Source of the DNA: Pseudooceanicola sp.
GTDB lineage: Bacteria; Pseudomonadota; Alphaproteobacteria; Rhodobacterales; Rhodobacteraceae
Assembly: GCF_041987405.1 (NCBI RefSeq)
Contig: NZ_JBHIWR010000005.1
Coordinates: forward strand, 150,258 to 214,257
Reading direction: 5' to 3'
Length of the DNA: 64,000 nt
The notes under the pieces were generated by a model. It was not told the DNA's origin. It saw only the letters and a list, made by a program, of their open reading frames with translations, and ran no database searches. The position numbers and the translations under genes were made by a program. Below are positions 57,701 through 64,000 of the stretch, piece after piece. The stretch's first letter is position 1. Every line of letters begins with the position of its first letter.

Positions 57701-60202
57701 GCCGCCGTCGAACAGGGGTTTGATGCCGATGGCGGGGCCATCGGGGCCGATGACGCGGGTGATCTGGCGTTCGACGGGGCGACCGGAGCCTTCCTTGACG
57801 CGGACCGTGGCGGTCAGGTCGAAGGGGGTGCCAAGCGTCTCCTCCGGGAACTCAGGGTCCATGGCCAGCGTCGCCTTGCCTGCCGCATCCGTCGTGCCGC
57901 CGACAAAGGCGGTGCGGGCATAGCCGCGCGCGTCGTGACGTCCGAAGACATAGCCAGGGAAGCTGGAAAGACGGCGCGCCTTGGACAGGCGGATCTCGCC
58001 CTCGACATCGAGATCGGCCCCGGGCGCGCCAAAGAGGTAATCGGCCTGCACATCCAGCAACGGCAGGTCTGCCACAGCCAGCGGACCCTCGGGCAGATCA
58101 AGCGTGACGTCGATGCGTTCGGGTAGGAAATCCTCCACCAGCACCTTGGTCGTGGCCAGGGCGGGCGCGTCGAGATCGGCCTTGATGTCGATCCGCCAGC
58201 TGCCGCGCGGTACGGTCTGGCCAAGCGGCATGGCAAAGACATGGCCCCCGGCCGCATCGCGGGTTGAGGTCATGCGGGCATATTCCACCCCGTCCGGGCG
58301 GGTCAGGATGGCGGTGACCGGCAGGCCGTCGATGGCCGTCGCGGTGCCATCGCGGGCGAGCGTGGTCAGGTGGATCGTCTCCCCCGCCCGGTAGGCGCCC
58401 CGGTCGGTGGTTAGGAAGACGTCGATCGGCGGCGCGGGTTCGCGCCCGGCAACGCCACGGTCGGACAGGTCAAAGGCCGGATCGGTCAGCGACAGGAAGG
58501 CCAGGTCATCACCCGCACGCGCCGTCACCATGGCCGGGGCCGATCCGCCGGTGCCGCGGGTCAGCCCGGCATCGAATGTCGCATAGCCCTGCGCATTAGT
58601 TGTCGTGGTGCCCAGAACGCGGTTTGCGCTGTTCAGCAGCGCGACCTCGACCCCGTCGCGCGGCTGCGCATCGCCCAGACCGCGCAGGAAGACATGCAGA
58701 CCGTCGCCGCCCTGCATCGTGGTCATGCCGATGTCGGTCAGGATGAACCATTGGGTGGCCGGATCGGCCTCCTCATCCCCGGGTACGGCAGCGTTCAGCG
58801 CGTAGGCCCCCGGCGCCATGCCCTGCAGCACCTCGCCCAGGGGCAGGCGCGTGGTGAGGGTGCGGTTCAGCTCCTGCCCGGTTTCGGCGGTGCCCTCCCA
58901 GACCTTCTCGGCGATGGTCGCGGCGAAGTGTCCTTGATCCCAATTGTAGATGCGTTGTCCGAAATAGCCCTCCTGGATCGACCGCAGCAGGTTCCGGTCG
59001 GTCACGCGGTAGAGGGTCAGGTCCAGTTCTGTCAGGTTGACCGTCTCGACCGGCAAGGCGGCATCCCCGGCGGCAGGCAGGACATAGGCCCGGCCCGGGA
59101 AGTTCACCATGGGCGAGCGGTCGCGGACATAGGCGCGGATCTCGGTGTCCTTGGCCAGTTGTTCGCCGCTTTCGGCGGGCAGGCCTTCGCGGAAGGTCAG
59201 GCTGTAGCGTTCGCCATGATTGATGCCGGTGACGCAGATCCGGTTGCCCGAGGCCTCCACCGCCATGCTGCGATCGGGGAGTTTGACGTAATCGGCATAG
59301 GTCACCCCGCTGCGGGCGAGAGGTTCGTTGAATTCGGCGCAGATGCGCGGATCGGCAAGGTCGCTCTCCACCCGATGTTCGGAAATGCGTAAGCCATATT
59401 TGGCAATCGCATCCTCCAGCTTGGCGGTGATTTCCTCTCGCGGTTGCAACCGTTCGGCCAGGCGCAGGGCCGGGATCGTGTCGCGCCCACGGTCGTTGGC
59501 CAACAGCGCATCGGCCAGGGTTGTCAGGGCGTTGACCCGGGCCGGATCACTCGCGGCGCGCAGGTAGGCATTGGTCGCGGCGGTCAGGGCGCGGCGGGTG
59601 TAGCTGCGGGTGTTTTTCTTGTCCTGGGGCGCGACGATCATGAGCAGCCGGGCATATTCCGCCCAGAGGTCCGAGGCATCGGAGGCCGCGACCGCCCCGC
59701 CCGTCCAGCGCATCGCATCCACCATGTTGCCAGACGCGCGGCGGTCGCGCGCCGTGTCGATCATGGACTGGAGAGTGAATTGGCCGCCGGGATGGATCCA
59801 GCCGATCTGCCGCGCCAGATCCCGCGCGTCGGACAGGGTCCCCGTGCCCAGAAATGCCAGATCATCGGCCCGGGTCGTTGCCAGTGCCTTGGCCTCGGCC
59901 GTCACGGCGATGACGCGGGCGGATTGTGCGCCCTGATAGTCGCTGGTGCCGGTCACGCCGGTCTTGGGGAAACAGGCGTTGGAGCGGGCGTTGAAGGTGA
60001 AGGCGGTGCAGGCATCGTCGCTTTCACAGGCGGTGCGACAGGCCTCAAAGGTCGTGTCGAAAAGCTGGGCCAGATCCTGCCCCGCGAAATCCTGATCCAA
60101 GGTCACGACAATCCGCTTGTCCGGAATGGGCGGTGTCTGGGCCGCGACGCCGGTGGCGATCAGGGCGAAAACGGCGGCAAGCGTGGCGATGAAACGGGTC
60201 AT
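54764..60202 (-). CDS. Bacterial alpha-2-macroglobulin (YfhM-like) with N-terminal PAN/apple-like domain
   Basis: Signal peptide MTRFIATLAAVFALIATGVAAQ; CRTAC..C..F....C PAN pattern; TTDRGAYRAGE; thioester YPYGCTEQ; ATVEDMYRP; adjacent to pbpC. Confidence 0.93.
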   Translation of the reverse strand: MTRFIATLAAVFALIATGVAAQTPPIPDKRIVVTLDQDFAGQDLAQLFDTTFEACRTACESDDACTAFTFNARSNACFPKTGVTGTSDYQGAQSARVIAVTAEAKALATTRADDLAFLGTGTLSDARDLARQIGWIHPGGQFTLQSMIDTARDRRASGNMVDAMRWTGGAVAASDASDLWAEYARLLMIVAPQDKKNTRSYTRRALTAATNAYLRAASDPARVNALTTLADALLANDRGRDTIPALRLAERLQPREEITAKLEDAIAKYGLRISEHRVESDLADPRICAEFNEPLARSGVTYADYVKLPDRSMAVEASGNRICVTGINHGERYSLTFREGLPAESGEQLAKDTEIRAYVRDRSPMVNFPGRAYVLPAAGDAALPVETVNLTELDLTLYRVTDRNLLRSIQEGYFGQRIYNWDQGHFAATIAEKVWEGTAETGQELNRTLTTRLPLGEVLQGMAPGAYALNAAVPGDEEADPATQWFILTDIGMTTMQGGDGLHVFLRGLGDAQPRDGVEVALLNSANRVLGTTTTNAQGYATFDAGLTRGTGGSAPAMVTARAGDDLAFLSLTDPAFDLSDRGVAGREPAPPIDVFLTTDRGAYRAGETIHLTTLARDGTATAIDGLPVTAILTRPDGVEYARMTSTRDAAGGHVFAMPLGQTVPRGSWRIDIKADLDAPALATTKVLVEDFLPERIDVTLDLPEGPLAVADLPLLDVQADYLFGAPGADLDVEGEIRLSKARRLSSFPGYVFGRHDARGYARTAFVGGTTDAAGKATLAMDPEFPEETLGTPFDLTATVRVKEGSGRPVERQITRVIGPDGPAIGIKPLFDGGLPEGETARFSLIALNAALAPQEMLVTWTVNRVTTRYQWYRQYGNWQWEPYTTRAEVASGTVTLGTDPVEVEAPTDWGRYEIVVESSAGTYIAASEDFHAGWYAPADATTTPDMLELSLDAEEYRQGDTAQLRLVPRHAGTALVTVVANRLIDMKAVEVVEGENLIDLPVTEDWGTGAYVTASVMRPMDAPAGQMPTRAMGLSHAKVDPAEKALSVSFETSETSDPREPLTATVQVNGITSGEEAYVTVAAVDVGILNLTGFETPDPQGHYFGQQRLGMDIRDLYGRLIDSTQGAMGRVRSGGDAASSAGLQSPPPTEDLVAYFTGPLTIGPDGTAQVTFDMPEFNGTVRLMAVAWSKSGVGAAEADVLVRDPVVVTASLPRFLQPGDQSSMLLEIVHATGPTGRMGLDVAANGVTLTGAVPSGFDLGEKAKQSYRIPFTATDTGDHAITVALTTPAGKQLTKTLTMPVRVNDPEVATTRRFTLAAGDTFTLDSNVFAGYRAGTGEAVVSAGPLARVDAPALLATLSRYPYGCTEQITSKAMPLLYLSSVAQAMGLAQPGQVEERISQAVDRILTRQATNGAFGLWRAASGDFWLDAYVTDFLSRARAEGHGVNPLAFQMAVDNLRNRVNYAPDFDASTNGGGEDVAYALMVLAREGAANMGDLRYYSDVKGEDFATPLAAAQLGAALAMYGDQTRADAMFAIAGKMLAKRQETPEERVFRADYGTNLRDTAGVLSLAVESGSTAIDRQSLISRVVSRDGPMSTQESAWTLLAAKALIDDPVAANLSLNGAPVTGPFVRTTAAQAFTPMAIRNEGSAQTDVTLTTIGVTATPVEAGGYGYAIKREYFTTEGDRVDPAQVAQGDRLVTVLTVVPFEKTGARLMVDDPLPAGFEIDNPNLLRAGDIRALDWLKPQEGEHSEFRSDRFLTAIEWRSDEPFQLAYIVRAITPGSYHHPAATVEDMYRPRYRARTDAGRVTISE

Positions 60203-60374
60203 GGAACTCTCCTCTGCCCCATGGGACCGGACCTGCCCGGTCTGGGGCGACATTGGGAAAGGGTGCCATGGGGTTTCCGCAACTGACAAGGATTCGCTCC
60301 GCCAGGGCCCTAACCTAAACGGATTTTTCACCAAGATGCCGGAGACTGGCCGCGCGGGTCGATGGAGAGACAGG

Positions 60375-62552
60375 ATGAGCCTCGCCAACAAGCTTGCGGA
60401 GGAACGCCGCGCGCGGCTCGCCGCAGAGCAGCTCTTGGAACAGAAGCAGGCCGAGCTTCACGCCGCTAACCGCAAGCTGGACCGCCACGCGCGCGCCCTG
60501 TCCGAGGAGATCGTGGAAACCCGCGCCCAGGTGCAGACGGTGCGCGATGAAAACCAGCGGGTGAAGCTGGATCTGTCGGTTGCCAACCAGAAGGTCGAGG
60601 TGGCGGAGCGGCGGCTGTGGCAATCCATTCAGGCGATCGAGGACGGCTTTGCCTTTTTCGATTCCGACGGCAACATGATCGCCGCCAATGACGCCTGGAT
60701 CGGCGTTTTTGACGGGATCGAGGAGGTCAGGCCCGGTGTCTCCTTTGTGCGGTTGCTGCAATTGGCGACGGAGGAGGGGATCGTCGACATCGGCACGGCC
60801 GACCCGGCGGACTGGCGCCGAGACATCATGGAGAGATGGGAGGCCCACGGGCTGGAGCCGGTCATCTTTCGCCTGTGGAACGGCGTTTGGATCAAGCTGA
60901 TCGAACAACGCGGCCATGACGGCGATATCGTCTGCCTGGCGCTCAACATCACCGACACGGTGCGCTACGAAAAGGTCCTGAAGGCCGCGCGCCGGAAGGC
61001 GGAGGCGGCGAGCCGGGCGAAAAGCGCCTTCCTCGCCAATATGAGCCATGAGATCCGCACGCCGATGAACGGCGTTGTCGGCATGACGGAACTGTTGTCG
61101 GACACCCCGCTGAGCGATGAACAGCGCCTTTATGTCGAAACGATCCGCAACTCCGGCGAGGCGCTGCTGGTAATCATCAACGACGTTTTGGATTACTCCA
61201 AGATCGAGGCAGAGAAACTGGTCCTGCATCCTGAACCCTTTGATCTGGAACGATGTATTCACGAGGTCATCCTGCTGTTGCAACCCGCCGCGCGGGACAA
61301 GGGGATCGAACTGATCGTGGATTACGACCTGTTCCTGCCGACCAATTTTCACGGCGATCCCGGGCGGATCCGGCAGGTGCTGACCAACCTTCTGGGTAAT
61401 GCGGTGAAATTCACGATGGAGGGGCATGTGCTGGTCCGGGTCGTCGGCCTGCCGGAGCCGGAAGAGGGGCGCGTGCATCTGCATCTGACGGTCGAAGATA
61501 CTGGGATCGGCATTCCGGCGGGCAAACGGGACAGGGTGTTTTCGGATTTCGCCCAGGTCGAGGACAGCAAGAAACGCCAGTTCGAGGGGACGGGCCTGGG
61601 GCTGGCGATCTCACAACGGCTGATCCGGCTCATGGGCGGGCAGATCTGGTTCGACAGCGAGGAGGGGGTCGGCTCCTCCTTCGGGTTCCAGATCACGCTG
61701 CCGGTGGCGGAGGACGGGCCCGGCGTCGATGCGGGCGTGGCACCGGGGCAGCTTGGCCGTGTCCTGTTGGTGGACGATCACGCGGCCAATCTCGCGATCC
61801 TGGAAAAACAGATCGGCATCCTGGGGGCGGAGACCGTCTGCTGCACTTCCGGTGCCGAGGCGATGGAGCGGATCGGCGAAGGCTTTGACCTGATCCTGAC
61901 CGATCACAACATGGCCGGGATGGACGGGATGGAACTGGCCGAGGCGGTGCGCGAGGCCGACTATGATGTGCCGATCGTCGTGCTCTCCTCTTCCAGCGGG
62001 TTTGCGGATTCCGACCCGGCACGCCGCCATGTGGCCGCTGTCCTGCAACGGCCCACGCCGCGCCGCGACCTCTTTGTCGCGCTGCGCGAGATCGGTTTCA
62101 CCGCGGACCGGCCGCCGCAGATCGCCCCCCCTGCCGTAGCGAAAAATCGCAGCCAACCTCTTGTTCTCGCGGCGGAAGATAACGCGACCAACCGGCTCGT
62201 CCTGTCCAAGATGCTGGCGGACGAGGCCCTGACACTGGTCTTCGCCGAAGACGGGGCGGAGGCCGTCGCCCAGTGGGAGGCAGAGCACCCCGACCTGATC
62301 TTCATGGATCTCTCCATGCCGGGGATGGATGGGACCGAGGCGACCGGCCTGATCCGTGCAGCGGAGGCAGAACGCGGCCTGCCCCGCACCCCGATCATCG
62401 CCGTCACCGCCCATGTTCTGAAGGACACGGAGGAGGAGACGAAACTGGCGGGTATGGACGGATATATCGGCAAACCGATCCGCAAGTCGGCGATACTGGA
62501 GACGATCCGCGACTGGCTGCCCACGGCCTTTCCGCAGGGTCGACAGGCGTGA
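60375..62552 (+). CDS. Hybrid sensor histidine kinase with PAS-like region and two receiver domains
   Basis: [16 protein letters not shown]-box, [21 protein letters not shown]; REC1 LLVDD..LTD; REC2 AEDN..FMD..KP; no TM segment. Confidence 0.93.
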   Translation: MSLANKLAEERRARLAAEQLLEQKQAELHAANRKLDRHARALSEEIVETRAQVQTVRDENQRVKLDLSVANQKVEVAERRLWQSIQAIEDGFAFFDSDGNMIAANDAWIGVFDGIEEVRPGVSFVRLLQLATEEGIVDIGTADPADWRRDIMERWEAHGLEPVIFRLWNGVWIKLIEQRGHDGDIVCLALNITDTVRYEKVLKAARRKAEAASRAKSAFLANMSHEIRTPMNGVVGMTELLSDTPLSDEQRLYVETIRNSGEALLVIINDVLDYSKIEAEKLVLHPEPFDLERCIHEVILLLQPAARDKGIELIVDYDLFLPTNFHGDPGRIRQVLTNLLGNAVKFTMEGHVLVRVVGLPEPEEGRVHLHLTVEDTGIGIPAGKRDRVFSDFAQVEDSKKRQFEGTGLGLAISQRLIRLMGGQIWFDSEEGVGSSFGFQITLPVAEDGPGVDAGVAPGQLGRVLLVDDHAANLAILEKQIGILGAETVCCTSGAEAMERIGEGFDLILTDHNMAGMDGMELAEAVREADYDVPIVVLSSSSGFADSDPARRHVAAVLQRPTPRRDLFVALREIGFTADRPPQIAPPAVAKNRSQPLVLAAEDNATNRLVLSKMLADEALTLVFAEDGAEAVAQWEAEHPDLIFMDLSMPGMDGTEATGLIRAAEAERGLPRTPIIAVTAHVLKDTEEETKLAGMDGYIGKPIRKSAILETIRDWLPTAFPQGRQA

Positions 62553-62656
62553 CCGAACCGGCGGAGCTTTGCGGAAATCGCAAGCTATGCTTCCGATTCG
62601 GCAAGAATAGGGGTAGGATTGGAAACAATGACAAAGAATACAGGCCGGCGGTTCCC

Positions 62657-64000
62657 ATGCGCATTCTTCTGACCGCGACAGCTCTGTCGCTCGGTGTCGT
62701 CACATCCTTTTCCGCAGGTGCCGCGGAACCGGTGAGCAGTTCGCTGCGCCCGGTCCTGCGCCCGACCCCGGTGGCCTATGTCAGCCCGGAAACCGGCGCG
62801 GCGGCGGCCGCTCTGGCGGCGGAAACCATGTCACAGCTGAACATCGCGGCGGAAAGCCCGGCGCCCGCACGCAGCCTGCGCCCGCGGCTGCGCCCGGCCA
62901 CCCTCGGCAGCAGCACAGCCGCGCCCGTTGCCCATTCGGCCGGGTTCCAATCCTGGATCGACGCCTTCAAGCCGCGCGCCCTGGCCAAGGGGATTTCCGC
63001 CCCGGTCTTTGACAGCGTCATGGCGCGGGTGCGCTACCTGCCCGACGTGATCCGACTGGACCGCAAGCAATCGGAATTCACCAAATCCACGGGTGAATAT
63101 CTGGCCAGCGCGGTGTCGGACACGCGGGTTACCAACGGGCGCAGCAAGGCGGGACAATATGACCGCACCCTGCGCGCGGTCGAGGCGAAATATGGTGTCG
63201 ACCGCAATGTCGTCGCGGCGATCTGGGGGATGGAAACGAATTACGGCAGCTATCGCGGCAAGACTCATACGCCCTCGGCCCTTGCGACACTTGCGTACGA
63301 CGGGCGGCGGGCCACGTTTTTCGAGGCACAGCTGATCGAGGTGCTCAAAATCCTGCAGCACGGCGACACTACGCCGGACAACATGACAGGAAGCTGGGCC
63401 GGCGCCATGGGGCATACCCAGTTTATGCCGACCTCCTATGCCGACTATGCGGTGGATTTCACCGGCGACGGGCGGCGCGACATCTGGTCAGAGGATCCGA
63501 CGGATGCGCTGGCCTCGACCGCCGCCTATCTCGACCGGATGGGCTGGCAGACTGGAATGCCCTGGGGGAAAGAGGTGGTTCTGCCCGCCGGGTTCAACTT
63601 CATGCTGGCCTCGGGCCCGATGAAACTGCCATCGGAATGGGCGCGGCTTGGCGTGCGTCCGGCGGATGGCAGCACGCTGAGGGATCATGGTGAAGCCCGC
63701 ATCCTGTTGCCCGCGGGGGCCAAGGGCGCGGCCTTCCTGGTCTTCCGGAATTTCGACGTGATCAAGCGCTACAACAACTCCGACGCATATGCGATCGGGG
63801 TCGGGCACCTGGGCGACCGGATCGGTGGCGCCGGGGGGCTGCGCGGTGCCTGGCCGCCGGGGGAACGGGCGTTGAAACGGGCGGAACGGCAGGAGCTGCA
63901 GAGCCTGCTGACCCGCGCCGGGTTCGCCACCGGGGGGGTCGATGGCAAGATCGGGCCGAATACGGTCGAGGCTATCAGAGGCTATCAGAAACGCATCGGG
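62657..64000 (+). CDS. Lytic murein transglycosylase (MltB/SLT_2 family with PG-binding domain), runs off window end
   Basis: Manual translation: signal peptide, AIWGMETNYG, GSWAGAMGHTQFMPTSY, DFTGDGRRDIWS, RYNNSDAYA, DGKIGPNT. Confidence 0.92.
   Translation, partial: MRILLTATALSLGVVTSFSAGAAEPVSSSLRPVLRPTPVAYVSPETGAAAAALAAETMSQLNIAAESPAPARSLRPRLRPATLGSSTAAPVAHSAGFQSWIDAFKPRALAKGISAPVFDSVMARVRYLPDVIRLDRKQSEFTKSTGEYLASAVSDTRVTNGRSKAGQYDRTLRAVEAKYGVDRNVVAAIWGMETNYGSYRGKTHTPSALATLAYDGRRATFFEAQLIEVLKILQHGDTTPDNMTGSWAGAMGHTQFMPTSYADYAVDFTGDGRRDIWSEDPTDALASTAAYLDRMGWQTGMPWGKEVVLPAGFNFMLASGPMKLPSEWARLGVRPADGSTLRDHGEARILLPAGAKGAAFLVFRNFDVIKRYNNSDAYAIGVGHLGDRIGGAGGLRGAWPPGERALKRAERQELQSLLTRAGFATGGVDGKIGPNTVEAIRGYQKRIG

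Noticed and set aside
60203-60391. N-terminal extensions of the A2M and hybrid kinase ORFs
   Set aside because: They overlap each other; internal ATGs with RBS (60202, 60375) give sensible N-termini
62740-62900. Repeated SLRPxLRP peptides in the transglycosylase N-terminus as a mobile insert
   Set aside because: Low-complexity RP..RP linker, which I recall as common in secreted Rhodobacteraceae proteins; no DNA palindrome

Overview
High-GC alphaproteobacterial chromosome segment. Gene content and RNA elements suggest Rhodobacteraceae/Roseobacter group (inference). It is mostly housekeeping: glycine cleavage gcvT-H-P under a tandem glycine riboswitch; miaB...phoH...ybeY-corC-lnt-metK (SAM-SAH riboswitch)...trmB; gltX; fabA/fabB/fabI with irr; pobA-pcaD; aroQ; tRNA-Arg(CCT); an orphan MCP; a form II coxG-S-L-M cluster; serC-serA; a thiolase; the alpha-2-macroglobulin/pbpC pair; a hybrid kinase; and a partial lytic transglycosylase. 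No IS transposase, integrase, prophage or CRISPR array was seen. The unexplained structure is mostly small palindromic DNA, with at least four repeat families. The standout is a ~97-bp multi-hairpin element present twice with compensatory base changes: once intergenic (3445-3542) and once inside an apparent in-frame ~59-codon insertion in pbpC (54430-54526), just before the transglycosylase catalytic motif. Other leads are an OmpA-domain protein and adjacent lipoprotein sharing a 2-Cys module, an AT-rich receiver/RHH pair and an ArsR-SRPBCC unit (with two predicted operators) between phoH and ybeY, an NsrR-like box between an Rrf2 gene and a gamma-glutamylcyclotransferase gene, and two probable micro-mutations (dipeptidase C-terminal frameshift, MCP hexamer expansion). 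All homology calls come from motif recognition by eye; no searches were run.
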